Of a stretch of DNA of 64,000 nucleotides, positions 34,498 to 45,808 are shown one piece after another. The notes beneath the pieces were generated by a model. The model saw only the letters and a program-made list of their open reading frames with translations. It searched no databases and was not told the DNA's origin. Position numbers and translations under genes: made by a program. The stretch is from an uncultured Prevotella sp. (GTDB taxonomy: Bacteria > Bacteroidota > Bacteroidia > Bacteroidales > Bacteroidaceae). The first letter of the stretch is position 1. Each line of letters starts with the position of its first letter. The stretch spans positions 866,263 through 930,262 of the forward strand of contig CAKAIJ010000003.1 in the NCBI GenBank assembly GCA_916440255.1, written 5' to 3'.

Positions 34498-35125
34498 TTA
34501 AAAAGCCCAACCAAGCCCAAGATATGGGTAGAAAGTCACTTTCTTGCTGGCATCTTTAGAGAAAGTAAAGGCTGGTGTGATTCCTGCACGAAATAAGAAT
34601 CCCTTGTTCGATACGTGGCGGTAACCGATGTTTCCAAAGAAATAGTAGTCGAAAGTATTACGACTTTCTCTGTATCTAAGCATTGTTAGGGTGCCATTAT
34701 CTGTTTTATATTCACCGATTACATGCTTCTGCTGCTCGGCTGTCAAGGACGAAGCTGGACCATTTACAATATCTCCCCTTGTTTCGTGTATGTTGTATAT
34801 CCCCATGCTGGTACCTAAGCCGAGTTCAAGATTATTCTTCTGACTACCTAAGAGATAATTTATTTCCAGTGGTACAGCATAGCCACGGACGTCAGAGTCC
34901 TGCCCCAACAAATTGTAACTTCGTCCATAGGCAAAGCTCAATCCAGCTCTCCATCCAAGACGTGTATGGTCGTTGAAACGCGCATCAAAGTTGATACCTG
35001 CAAGGCCTGACGGTCCCAATAGCTCTAAGTAAACAGCTTTGTTCTTTTCCAATCCATCAGCTTCTTGTGCCATAGCTACTGTTTGTAAGCTGAGGAACAA
35101 AACAAAAATCAGTAATTTTCTTCAT
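34498..35125 (-). CDS. Hypothetical outer membrane beta-barrel protein (frameshift near start)
   Basis: Signal peptide, alternating beta strands, C-terminal YLGLGWAF. Confidence 0.65.
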
Positions 35126-35329
35126 TTGTTTAGTTATTATAAAAATCGGCTGCAAAGGTATAAAAAAACATTGATAATGATGAATGTAAGTTTGAGCTTT
35201 TTAGAAGGAAAAAGTAGACTTGTGTAATCGTTGGAATGTTTTTAACAAAGTAAAATAATCGAATTGTAACGCTTGTTATATTATGCTTTGTAAAAAAACC
35301 TTTCGTTGCCTCAAATTCTATGGATGGTA

Positions 35330-35540
35330 AATTGACTCCAAAAAGACGACCAGTTGGCTTGTTGAAGATGTCTTTTCAGAGTGTTACTAACGCCCTTTTT
35401 GAAGGCTAACTAAGCACCTTTTTCTGAGAGCTTTTTGTAATTTATTGAATACGTGTTAGTTATAGGATTGGTTGAAATAGCAGTTTTTATTTAATTTATG
35501 TAATATGACATGATATTTATGTAAAGATATTTCGCATGTT
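35330..35540 (+). repeat. Long dispersed intergenic repeat (family A)
   Basis: GTTACTAACGCCCTTT (35383-35398) identical to reverse complement of 47693-47708; degenerate copy near 3195-3400. Confidence 0.65.
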
Positions 35541-35747
35541 TAGGGGTGTTTTAGAATTTCACTTTTAGTATTAAGTCATGAACAGTTTTTATACAAGAAT
35601 GTACGATTCATACATCCGCTTATTGTTATTAGAACGGAGTGTGAATCGTGCATTTCTGTATCGTATGATGGCATTTAGCTGAATGTATCTTATAGATAGC
35701 TTTTGTAATGCTGTTTATAAGTCAGTTTCAAACTATCAGTTTTGATT

Positions 35748-36170
35748 TTAGAAGTTTTCTTCTTCCTCGTCTTCCTCTTCAAATCCAAATAGGGCAGGGT
35801 CGACGAAGGCATCCATCTGACGGCGATCCTTCTTTGTTGGGCGTCCTGTACCACGTGCTCTGTCGATGAAGCCACTGATGCGGCTCATCTCTAAAAGTTC
35901 ATACTGCTTAGCATCAGTCACATTTTCATAGACTTCTGGGATGAGTTTTGCACCAACACGCTGTTCAATTGGTTTGAGAACCTTGAACGAATAAGTGATA
36001 GGCGACTTTTTAACACTTACCACTTCGCCCGCTTTGATGGTGTGGGAAGGTTTTACGTTGGTACCTTTTATCGTGACACGTCCATTCTTACAGGCGTCTG
36101 CAGCAATAGAACGAGTCTTATAGATGCGAGCAGCCCATAGCCATTTGTCAATTCTTGCAATATCGTTCAT
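35748..36170 (-). CDS. hslR: S4-domain ribosome-associated heat shock protein Hsp15
   Basis: RIDKWLWAARIYKTRS, GRPTKKDRR. Confidence 0.9.
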   Translation of the reverse strand: MNDIARIDKWLWAARIYKTRSIAADACKNGRVTIKGTNVKPSHTIKAGEVVSVKKSPITYSFKVLKPIEQRVGAKLIPEVYENVTDAKQYELLEMSRISGFIDRARGTGRPTKKDRRQMDAFVDPALFGFEEEDEEEENF

Positions 36171-36202
36171 TGTCTCATACTATATTAAGAAGCTGTGGAA
36201 TC

Positions 36203-36775
36203 TTACTTTTTCCCGAGTTTATTAAACTGGTTCATCGTGATGTCAATACCAGCCAGTGCAAAACTCTTAATGATGTCTACGCCCAAGTCAATAGCAGGTT
36301 GGAGTTCTTTCATATCTTCCTCAGAATAGTGTCCAAGTACCCAGTCAACTTGTCCACCACGTGGATAGTCATTTCCAACACCCATTCGCAGACGTGCATA
36401 GTTCTGTCCGATGAGTTGCTGGATATGTCCGAGTCCGTTGTGGCCACCATTTGAACCATTGCCTTTCAGTCGGAAAGCACCTAATGGAAGAGCAACATCG
36501 TCAGAGATGACCAAGAGACGGCTCTGGTCGATATTCTCTTTGTTGAGCCAGTAGCGTACAGCATTTCCTGATAGATTCATAAACGTTGTAGGTTTCAGAA
36601 GGATGATTTTTCGCCCTTTGACAGTTGTTTCTGCTATGAATCCATAACGTTTGTCCTCAAAAACAATATTGGACGCTTTAGCGAAAGCGTCCAATACCAT
36701 AAATCCTGTATTGTGTCTGGTTCCCTCATATTCAAAGCCAGGGTTGCCCAGTCCACAAATTAAATACTTATCCAA
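36203..36775 (-). CDS. pth: Peptidyl-tRNA hydrolase
   Basis: [31 protein letters not shown]. Confidence 0.96.
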   Translation of the reverse strand: MDKYLICGLGNPGFEYEGTRHNTGFMVLDAFAKASNIVFEDKRYGFIAETTVKGRKIILLKPTTFMNLSGNAVRYWLNKENIDQSRLLVISDDVALPLGAFRLKGNGSNGGHNGLGHIQQLIGQNYARLRMGVGNDYPRGGQVDWVLGHYSEEDMKELQPAIDLGVDIIKSFALAGIDITMNQFNKLGKK

Positions 36776-36806
36776 TTTTTGTTTGAATTAATTGGTTTCG
36801 TAATGA

Positions 36807-37412
36807 TTACTGAGCAGCAGCAGCGGCAGCAGCCTCTGCAGCCTGGATAGAGTTACGTGTAGCCTTGATAGAACAAACTACAACCTCCTTTGGAGTTACC
36901 AATTCAAGACCTTCGAAGCTCAACTCGCCAACCTTGATACTCTTGCCAAGACGAAGTTCAGTAACGTTGATGTCGAGGTGCTCTGGGATCTGAGTGTAAG
37001 CAGCTTTTACGTTAATCTTACGGATAGACATGTTCATACGACCACCATCACGAACACCCTCTGCCAAACCAACGAGCTTAACTGGTACACCCATAACGAT
37101 AGGTTTCTGCTCGTTAATCTCATAGAAATCTACGTGAAGAAGAGCGTCTGTTACTGGATGGAACTGAAGTTCTTTGAGGACAGCCTTGCGAGCCTCGCCA
37201 TCAATAACTAAGTCTACTACATAGATGTGTGGTGTGTAAACCAACTTACGCAACTCTGACATTGAAGCAGTGAATGAGAATGCTACTGGTTTGCCGTCTT
37301 TCTGTGCCTCACCATAGAGGTTACATGGAATCAAACCTTCCTTACGGAGTTGCTTTGAAGCTTTCTTTCCAAGGTCTGTACGCTTCTGACCTGATACTTT
37401 AATTTCTTTCAT
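36807..37412 (-). CDS. rplY: 50S ribosomal protein L25 / Ctc
   Basis: GKKASKQLR..G.IPCNLYG, ELQFHPV..LLHVDFYE. Confidence 0.95.
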   Translation of the reverse strand: MKEIKVSGQKRTDLGKKASKQLRKEGLIPCNLYGEAQKDGKPVAFSFTASMSELRKLVYTPHIYVVDLVIDGEARKAVLKELQFHPVTDALLHVDFYEINEQKPIVMGVPVKLVGLAEGVRDGGRMNMSIRKINVKAAYTQIPEHLDINVTELRLGKSIKVGELSFEGLELVTPKEVVVCSIKATRNSIQAAEAAAAAAAQ

Positions 37413-37682
37413 AATTTTGTGTTACTCTAAATTAATATGAACTTTAATTCGCCATCACACACTGAGAGATTAAGGAATTGGAAATCTAATGAATATCACA
37501 ACTTTTCAATCCTCAATTTGCAAAAAAGCGTTGCAAAGTTACTTCTTTTTTTAATTGAATAGGCAAGTATTATCTTAAAAACATAGAAAAAGAGAGTATT
37601 GTTTGCATCGTACGAAGGAATTTTCTTATATTTGCAAAATAAAGTATTCAATACAAAAACACAATCTTTTTAGATTAAGAAA

Positions 37683-38768
37683 ATGATCAATAGGGAATTA
37701 ATAAGAATTAAGATTGTCCAGTTAACCTATGCATACTATCAAAACGGTAACAGGAATATGGACAATGCTGAGAAGGAATTGCTTTTCAGCTTGGCGAAAG
37801 CGTATGATTTATACAATTACCTCTTGGCTTTAATCGTGTCAATCACACAAGAGGAGCGCCATCGTGTGGAGATTGCTTCTAATCGTGCTAATCGTGAGGG
37901 AACAGAGGCTCCCTCAAGTCGCTTTGTAAACAATAAGTTTGCTCTCCAATTAGAAGAGAATAAGCAGCTTAACCTCTTCATGGAAGCACAGAAACGTCGT
38001 TGGGAAGACGATATGGAGGCTGTGCGTAAACTCTGTGATCAGATAGAACAGAGTGCGATTTACCAAGAGTATATGGATAGTGATGATGATTCGTATGAAA
38101 CAGACCGTGAGGTGTGGCGTAAGATTTATCGTACACTTATTCAAGATAATACCGATTTGGACGCAATTTTAGAGGAGAAAAGTCTTTATTGGAATGACGA
38201 TAAGGAAATTGTTGATACCTTTGTTGTCAAGACGATTAAACGCTTTGAATTAGAGAACGGAGCCGACCAAGAATTACTTCCAGAATATCGTGACGAGGAA
38301 GAACGTGACTTCGCACTTAAACTCTTCCGTTCAACGATTCTCAATGCAGAGGATTATCAACGTTATATGAGTGAGTCAAGTCGCAATTGGGACTTCTCTC
38401 GCTTAGCTTATATGGATGTTGTTATCATGCAGATTGCGATTGCAGAAATGCTAACATTCCCTAATATCCCCGTAACGGTTACGATTAATGAGTATGTCGA
38501 CTTGGCAAAGTTGTATAGTACATCGCGTAGTGGTGGTTATATCAATGGTATGCTTGATACCATAGCACGTCATCTTATACAGACTGGTAAAATGATGAAG
38601 ACAATGCCAGAACCTCGTTTACCTCGTTTCCGCAACGAACGTCAAGATGGTAATTTCTCACGTCGTGAGGGACGTCGTCCGACGATTGCACAGACTTCGG
38701 CTCAACGTGTAGCTTATCGTCAACAACAAGAAACAGAACAAGCAGAACAAACAGAGAATAAGGAGTAA
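37683..38768 (+). CDS. nusB: Transcription antitermination factor NusB (long Bacteroidota form)
   Basis: MINRELIRIK, NWDFSRLAYMD, INEYVDLAK.YS...SGGYINGMLD. Confidence 0.9.
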   Translation: MINRELIRIKIVQLTYAYYQNGNRNMDNAEKELLFSLAKAYDLYNYLLALIVSITQEERHRVEIASNRANREGTEAPSSRFVNNKFALQLEENKQLNLFMEAQKRRWEDDMEAVRKLCDQIEQSAIYQEYMDSDDDSYETDREVWRKIYRTLIQDNTDLDAILEEKSLYWNDDKEIVDTFVVKTIKRFELENGADQELLPEYRDEEERDFALKLFRSTILNAEDYQRYMSESSRNWDFSRLAYMDVVIMQIAIAEMLTFPNIPVTVTINEYVDLAKLYSTSRSGGYINGMLDTIARHLIQTGKMMKTMPEPRLPRFRNERQDGNFSRREGRRPTIAQTSAQRVAYRQQQETEQAEQTENKE

Positions 38769-38875
38769 ACGAATAGGCTAAAGGCTTTAAGTGTCATTTA
38801 GATTTCTTGACTATTATGTATGCCAATCTACTTCGTTTAACTTTTAAAATTTAAGAATATAATAATTGATAAATA

Positions 38876-39205
38876 ATGAATACAGCATTAATCCTCGCAG
38901 CACAGGCTGCAGGTCAGGGCAGCCCAATGCCTATGATTATCATGATGGTTGCTATCTTTGCCATCATGTGGTTTTTCATGATTCGTCCACAGCAGAAGAA
39001 GCAGAAGGAAATTCGTGCTTTTCAGAATGCGCTTTCAGCAGGTGATTCTGTTGTAACTGGTGGTGGTATCTATGGCACAGTAAAGCATATTGATATGACA
39101 ACCAATAAGGTTGAGGTTGAGATTGCACGTGGTGTTGTTATCACTGTTGATAAGAACTACGTATTCGCAAATGTACAGGCTTCTCAGCAGGGTCAGACTA
39201 AGTAA
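38876..39205 (+). CDS. yajC: Preprotein translocase subunit YajC
   Basis: FFMIRPQQKKQK, GDSVVTGGGIYG. Confidence 0.95.
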   Translation: MNTALILAAQAAGQGSPMPMIIMMVAIFAIMWFFMIRPQQKKQKEIRAFQNALSAGDSVVTGGGIYGTVKHIDMTTNKVEVEIARGVVITVDKNYVFANVQASQQGQTK

Positions 39206-39235
39206 ACCTTTATTGATCGAAAAGAAGGAAAGCAT

Positions 39236-40249
39236 TTGATGAGAACGGGCAAATCGCTTTATACACTCAGTACACTCAGGAACTTCTTGTTGAGGATATT
39301 CAACAAGGAGTTTCTGATTTTTTTGTTTTTCTTGGTGTTGAGTGGAGGGTTCTGGTTGATAATGACATTGAATGAGACCTACGAGCGTGAATTTTCCGTG
39401 CCACTCCGACTAACGGAAGTTCCTCGTAATGTAGTTATTACCAGTGAACCAGATTCGGTTGTTCGTTTTACAGTACGCGACAAGGGATATATGATTGCTT
39501 ATTACGAGCTTGACAATACATTTCGCCCCATCTACGCTGATTATAAACTCTATTGTGATGGTCGAAGTAGGGGAGATGTCTCTGTTGCAGACCTTCAACG
39601 ACAAATTTACCTACAGCTGTCTAAGAGTTCCAAAATAGCTTCCATCAAGGGTGGTAAGTTTTCTTTCTCTTTCAATTTTGGTCGACATAAGAAGGTTCCG
39701 ATACGTATTTTGGGTACAGTAACACCGGGTAATAACTATTATCTTGCTCGCGTTGATTTTATGCCAGATAGTGTTGAAGTTTATGCTGTTCGCAATGTGT
39801 TAGATAGTATACAGACTGTCTATACAGAACGGCTGCATATAACTAACTTTACCGATGTTAAGGAAACAACTGTAGACCTCCGTAAGTTCACGAATGCTAA
39901 GTGTATTCCTTCCAGAGTGAAGATGAAACTCTATCCAGATGTTCTCACAGAGGAAAGCGTAGAAGTACCGATTGAGGCTATCAATATTCCAGAAAATAAG
40001 GTGATACGCACATTCCCAAGTAAGATAAAAGTCAGTTTTGTAGTCGGTGCTTATCGTATGCGCTCAATGCCAAAGAATGCTGAAACAAAGGAACTGCTCC
40101 CAGTGGGCTTCCGTGTCGTTGTCAACTATGAAGAAATAATGAAGAAACATAGCGAGAAATGTTCTGTCTATGTGATAAGTTCTCCTAATGGTGTGCGCAA
40201 TGTACGATTGGCAGTGAATAGTGTTGATTATCTTATTGAACAGCGATGA
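39236..40249 (+). CDS. YbbR/CdaR-like domain protein
   Basis: N-terminal TM then repeated beta domains; conserved position between yajC and coaE. Confidence 0.75.
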   Translation: MMRTGKSLYTLSTLRNFLLRIFNKEFLIFLFFLVLSGGFWLIMTLNETYEREFSVPLRLTEVPRNVVITSEPDSVVRFTVRDKGYMIAYYELDNTFRPIYADYKLYCDGRSRGDVSVADLQRQIYLQLSKSSKIASIKGGKFSFSFNFGRHKKVPIRILGTVTPGNNYYLARVDFMPDSVEVYAVRNVLDSIQTVYTERLHITNFTDVKETTVDLRKFTNAKCIPSRVKMKLYPDVLTEESVEVPIEAINIPENKVIRTFPSKIKVSFVVGAYRMRSMPKNAETKELLPVGFRVVVNYEEIMKKHSEKCSVYVISSPNGVRNVRLAVNSVDYLIEQR

Positions 40250-40809
40250 TAATAGCGTTAACTGGTGGTATTGGTAGTGGGAAGTCTTTTGTTTGCAGAC
40301 TTCTTGCTGAGCGTGGAATATCTGTTTACGATTGTGATGCGCATGCAAAGGAGTTAATGCGAACAGCTCAGCCATTACAGGAACAGCTTTTAGCCCTTGT
40401 TGGCGATGATGTTTTTCGTGATGGGGTCTTACAGAAATCTGTTCTTGCAGCCTATCTCCTTCAGAGTGAGGCGCATGTACAGGCGGTTAATGCTATTATA
40501 CATCCTGCTGTGGCTTATGACTTTGAACATTCAGGGGAGTCGTGGCTCGAGAGTGCGATACTCTTTGATAGTGGCTTTGATAAGCGTACTCATATTGATA
40601 AGGTGGTATGTGTGACAGCTCCGATAGAAGAACGTATTCGCCGTATAATGGCACGTGATGGCATTAGTCGGGAAAAATCCCTTGAATGGATGGCGTGTCA
40701 GTTACCACAGGAAGAGGTGTTGCGACGCAGCGATTATGAAATTGTCAATGATGGCATACAAGCACTTGCACCGCAGGTCGACCACTTACTATCCGTTATT
40801 TCAGAATAA
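40246..40809 (+). CDS. coaE: Dephospho-CoA kinase
   Basis: LTGGIGSGKS, IIHPAV, RIMARDG. Confidence 0.94.
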   Translation: MIIALTGGIGSGKSFVCRLLAERGISVYDCDAHAKELMRTAQPLQEQLLALVGDDVFRDGVLQKSVLAAYLLQSEAHVQAVNAIIHPAVAYDFEHSGESWLESAILFDSGFDKRTHIDKVVCVTAPIEERIRRIMARDGISREKSLEWMACQLPQEEVLRRSDYEIVNDGIQALAPQVDHLLSVISE

Positions 40810-40836
40810 TTAAATTATAAACCAGAATAAATTAAA

Positions 40837-41274
40837 ATGTTACAGACAATCCTTTCAATTGCAGGTAAGCCAGGTCTTTACAAGCTGGTAAGCCGTGGTA
40901 AAATGAATCTTATTGTTGAATCGCTTGATGAGACTCACAAGCGTCAACCTGCGTTCGGTACAGATCGTGTGACGAGTCTTGCTGATATAGCTATGTTTAC
41001 CGAGTCTGACGATGTCCCATTGGGTGAGGTATTAGCAAAGTTGCGTGACAAAGAAGAGGGTAAGGTTGCTTCTTTGAACTGGCGTAAGGCTTCGGCTAAG
41101 GAGTTGCAGGACTATTTCGGAGAGGTGCTTCCTGACTTCGATCGTGATCGTGTACATACCAGCGATATTAAAAAACCTCTTCAGTGGTATGAAATACTTA
41201 TAAAAGCTGGTATTACCAACTTTGAGGAGGAAATGAAGCCAACTGATGGTGAAAGTGTTGATGATAGATTGTAA
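40837..41274 (+). CDS. Conserved Bacteroidota hypothetical protein (DUF5606-like)
   Basis: ILSIAGKPGLY, SLADIAMF, PDFDRDRVH.SDIKK. Confidence 0.75.
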   Translation: MLQTILSIAGKPGLYKLVSRGKMNLIVESLDETHKRQPAFGTDRVTSLADIAMFTESDDVPLGEVLAKLRDKEEGKVASLNWRKASAKELQDYFGEVLPDFDRDRVHTSDIKKPLQWYEILIKAGITNFEEEMKPTDGESVDDRL

Positions 41275-41675
41275 TTTTGCTTTTAACCTCCAAATGGTCA
41301 TTAGTGCATAAAAGATATTAGGACGTAATTCTTAAAGTAAGAATTATGAAGATTGTTTCGTAATGACCAATTTGGGTTCAAGTAAGAATATCATTGGTTT
41401 AACGCATTGTGAGCTTGCTCGCAGTGCGTTTTCTGTATTAGCTGTTTATGATTGAAATTTTATCGTATGACAAGTCATCATTATTTTTATTGTGAAGTTA
41501 AATGGTTTTGATAATGTTGTTTATTTCATTTTTGTTATAATTGATGTGTATTTATTCGTTATTTTGTTTAATTTGAAACTTTTTGCGGCTTAAAATTAAA
41601 TAAAGTGGAATTTTATTTTTGTTTTTATTATATAATTCCTAATTTTGTGGTCAATTAATCAATAAATAAGTGTGA

Positions 41676-44523
41676 ATGAAGTATTTTTACTTTTCTAAGA
41701 AGTTGTTTGTAGGTCTTTGTTTAATGGGACTTGCAAATACGAGCTATGCGCAAGTCGAAGCGCATCGTGTGGTGAGTAGGGCTACACAGCCTACCTCTTC
41801 AGAGTCTTCAGTAGAGTTATTAGATGATAATTTCTTCTATGAGTTTGCAAATGGTAAGCCTGTAAAATGGCAAACTGCGGGAACAGTTACTCAGTTGGAA
41901 GGCTCAGATAGATTCCATTCGAGTACAGGTTTTGGAGTTGGCATAGAGACAGTAGCAGGCGTTGAAGGTTATCTTAAGCAGGTAATCGATCTTAACGTGA
42001 GAATAAGGAAGTAGTTGAAGGTGATGAATTAGAGTGTTTAGTACATTATTCAACTACCGAGAGCAAGCGTGAGGAAGGTCCATTCCGTCTTGCATTGCGT
42101 TGGTTGGACGCAGCAGGTAACGAAATTAATTCTAAGGAAAAAGACTTTATTCACAATCCTGATATCTATTTTGGACGTGCTAAGGCGTTTGGAACTTTGA
42201 AATTCCGTACTATTTGTCCAGCTGGTGCAGTGAAGTTGGAGTTTGCCCTTTTGGTTGCCCCAGAAAGTAAGGTACGTATGGACGACTTTAGTGTATTACG
42301 TTTGGCAGAAAAGGATAAGACTCCTCTTGTTGCTATTCTTCCGCAGTATCGTACGATGACAGGCGAGGTAGGAGTATCTACAAGTTTTCCTGTTGCCTTG
42401 CAGGGTATGCATCTTGGGAGCGATCAATTACCTAAGTTTGCAGGTACCCAGTCGGATAATGTAATGAAGTTAAACGTTGAGAAGTTGCCTAAGGATGGTA
42501 CGGTTAAAGCTAATTTGACGATTACTCCACAGGTAGCAGGTGTTTACGTAGGAGGTGATACTTATAAACTTAATTTCCCTGGTGCTGATAGAGATAATAG
42601 TGGCTCGCTTAATTTGACAGGTTACTTTAAGAAGGCTGGAACTACTCCAACCATCAAACTTAAGTCAGATGTGCAGGCACGTGAGATGAAAGCAGAGCCT
42701 GGTAAGACAGACGAACAAACATTTGAGTTTGATATAAAGGATGTAATTACAAGTGTGAACCTTGCTTTGAAGCATGGTGAAAACTCTCCTTTCCGTATTG
42801 ATAAGACTCAGTTCTTTTATGCAAAAAGGACAGGTCAGCTCTATCAAGGACCAGTAAAAGTTACTTTTGCTCCAAAAAGGAGGCGGGCGATTACGAAGCA
42901 GAGTTGAAGGTGTCAAGTATCTTAGCAGACACATTAGTTATTAAGCTCAAGGGAGTATCAAAGGCTGCTACTTCATCTGAATTGGTAGAGAATTTCTCGA
43001 AAAATAATTCAATGGATAACCGTTTTACAGGCGATGCATGGAAGGGTTATCATAAGTTCGACTTAGGTTATTGGAAACTGAATGGTCAATGGAATAGCGC
43101 AGGGAAGGTTACTTTGGCAGCAACGGATACACTCTATTATGATGAATTGCTTGCCGATGGTGTTAAAACACTTCAATTGAGTCCTGTGTCAAGTGCAGCA
43201 AAGTGTACTGCTGAGTATTCTGTTGATGGAGGTGGTCATTGGACACCACTTGCGGCTGCTGATGGCGAAGGTAAGTATGTTGTAAATACACATCGTCCAA
43301 CACTCGTTCGCTTTGTTTCTAAGGAAAGTGTAGAGGTGCAGAGAGTAGCTATCACTCCAAGTGCGAAAGCTGAACGTCAATCATTTGAACTGATAAAAGA
43401 CGCAATGTTGAAGGATGCGGATACTGAACCTTTAGCAGTTCTCAATGAGAAATTCTCAGGCTTGCGCCACACACGTATTCTTGGATTGAAGGGATGGCAG
43501 AACCTTGCGGTTAAGGGTGAACGTCCATTCTATGCATGGCAACAGAAAGATGCAGCACAGACGAAGGTTGAAAATGAAGTTGCACAGATTTCTTTCCTTC
43601 AGTTTGGTAAGGAAGATGCGCGTCCACATGCAAGCTGGCTCATTTCTCCAACCCTTTCTTATAAGAAAGCGAAGAGTAAGGATTTGACTTTCAGTCTGAT
43701 GTATCGTAACCCTACACGTAATGGTGAGGAAGCGTTTGGTTTCTATATCATCACAGAGAAGGATGGTGAGGCTACGCCTTATTTCTTCGATCTTTCTCAA
43801 TATGTTCCAGCAGGTATTAATGTAGAGCCTGAAATGTGGTTTGATTATCGCATTGACCTTTCTAAAGTTGAGGGACTTACAATTGATGATAAGTTCCATA
43901 TCGCCTTCTCTTATGATAGCCCAGTAGGTGGTAATGCTACTTCTCTGAACTACATGATTGATGATGTAACCTTTGGACGTACAGACCTCCCAGAAATTGT
44001 TGTTGACGAGGATTTCATTAAGTTTGTGTTCCGTTCAGGACAAGAGATGGAGCCTAAGACGTTCAATGTGTTTACGACTGATGCAACTGCGCCTGTGACA
44101 GTAACTTTAACACCTTCTACTCAGAAGAAGTATTTTAAGTTCGCTCCAGATAAGTTGCCACTCGATGGAGGTCCTATTGCTGTAGGGTTCAAGAGTGACG
44201 ATACAAAGAAGCATGCGGCTGCATTGCTTATTCAGACACGTGGTGCATATCCTTTTGTCGTAAAGTTGTTTGCTGAACCAATTACAGATGGTATCAATTC
44301 TGTATTAGAGGAAAATGGTGGAGCTTTATCACCAGTTGTTAATGGTTCGTCTTTGACAGTGAATGGCAATTATAAGAGTTATCAACTTTTCTCAATGGAT
44401 GGTCGACTTGTGCAGCAAGGTAGTTATCAGCAGCATATTGACTTATCGAATGTTCAGGCAAGGTTATTTATTTTGAAGCTAAACACTACTGAAGGTGTAA
44501 AGACTTTCAGCTTAAAGCGTTAA
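41676..44523 (+). CDS. Large multidomain T9SS-type secreted protein, adhesin-like (frameshifts near 42000 and 42885)
   Basis: Signal peptide; SWLISP / HIAFSY / IDDVTF cleaved-adhesin (choice-of-anchor J)-like motifs; C-terminal TDGINSV...LFSMDGRLV...FILKL...KTFSLKR sorting domain. Confidence 0.75.
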
Positions 44524-44573
44524 GGAATCTACTTCTGATACCTTGAGTGTGGGACTCAGAAAACAAAAACAAG

Positions 44574-44733
44574 AAGAGGGTGTGTCAAGATAGACACATC
44601 CTCTTTTTATTTCCTAAAACTTACTCTGTTCACAAAAGGGTCAACACTTTTTATCAAAACAGTCGATTGTTTTTTCAAAAAGGGTTGACATCTTCGCCAA
44701 AAAAGAGGATGTGTCTATCTTGACATACCCCTT
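44574..44733. repeat. Inverted pair of GTGTGTC...GACAC palindromes between convergent genes
   Basis: 44574-44607 and 44701-44733 are near-exact reverse complements; each is itself a hairpin. Confidence 0.75.
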
Positions 44734-44791
44734 TTTCTTTTGTTTCCCCACTTTGACTCTTTTGCTCCTCCTGTTTTAAAAGGATAAAAGA

Positions 44792-45134
44792 TTATTCCGT
44801 TTCAAGCAGATGTTGCAATACGACTGCGTTGTTATGTTCCTCATCACGTGCCGCAAAGAGTAGGGTAGCGGTAGGATGTTCCTTGAGGACAGCACGCAGT
44901 TCGTCTAAGGCTCCACTTGCAGTTAACTCTGCACGATATCGTTCAGAGAACTCTGCAAACCGTTCGGGGTCATGACCGAACCACTTACGCAGTTCATTAC
45001 TTGGTGCAACAGATTTCAACCAAAGGTCGATTTGTGCCTTTTCTTTACTGATGCCTCGCGGCCATAATCGGTCAACGAGGATCTCGATAATCGTCGCTTT
45101 CTTCAACTGGCGTGTAAGCACGTTTGATTTTCAT
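44792..45134 (-). CDS. DUF488 / YeaO-family protein (frameshift near start)
   Basis: LVDRLWPRGISKE, APSNELRKWFGHDP, HNNAVVL. Confidence 0.85.
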
Positions 45135-45138
45135 TATC

Positions 45139-45664
45139 TTATTCCATCATTAATGCCCTGTGGGAACATTATCTCGTTTTCACGAAGATATGTTCGAGAA
45201 GGTTGTCACGGAACTGACGAAGGTCTGCAAGTGCCTTCACATATTCTGGTTCAGCACCCTCAGGGGCAGTGTAATTATTGGTTAGTTCTGCAATACGCTC
45301 GTGTCGTTCAAGTTCATCACTATGGTCAGCCATCATTGCATTAACAGGATGTTGTATTGTTCCACAATGGAAGGGCTCATGTTCTTGTCCATATTCAGCC
45401 TCGTTAAAAATGTCGAGTATGAAGGGGAAAAGTATGTTCTCTTCCTTTTGACAGTGTAGGTCAAGGTCGGCAATACTATTGCGGAAATGATCTCGCAACA
45501 CGATTGAGCTCAGGATGATTAGCTGCAAGCGTATTCAATCTGGTGGCAAGTTCCTCTCCCTGCTTACGAATGTAACGATGGTGAAACTTTAGTACATAAT
45601 CAATAAGCAGGTCGAGGTCCCAACCTTCAAATGCAATTGTGCTTTGAGGAAATGTTTGTGTCAT
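45139..45664 (-). CDS. Hemerythrin-like di-iron protein, RIC/YtfE-like (frameshifts)
   Basis: LIDYV..HH.YIR, HCQKEENILFP, P..AMMADH, LLEHIF.EN. Confidence 0.8.
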
Positions 45665-45808
45665 TGTTATCTATATTTATCTTGTTCGTATAATTTGTGT
45701 GCAAAATTAAGGTTTATCAACGCTTAGGTATGGTAACAAATGTGTCCAAGTGAAGTTAAAACGCGTTAAATTAGCTATAATAGCAAGAAACTTCGTAACT
45801 TTGTGAGC

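Noticed and set aside
41286..41378. Inverted TAATGACCA repeat with a related copy near 11686
   Set aside because: Too short and too few copies to define a family from this window
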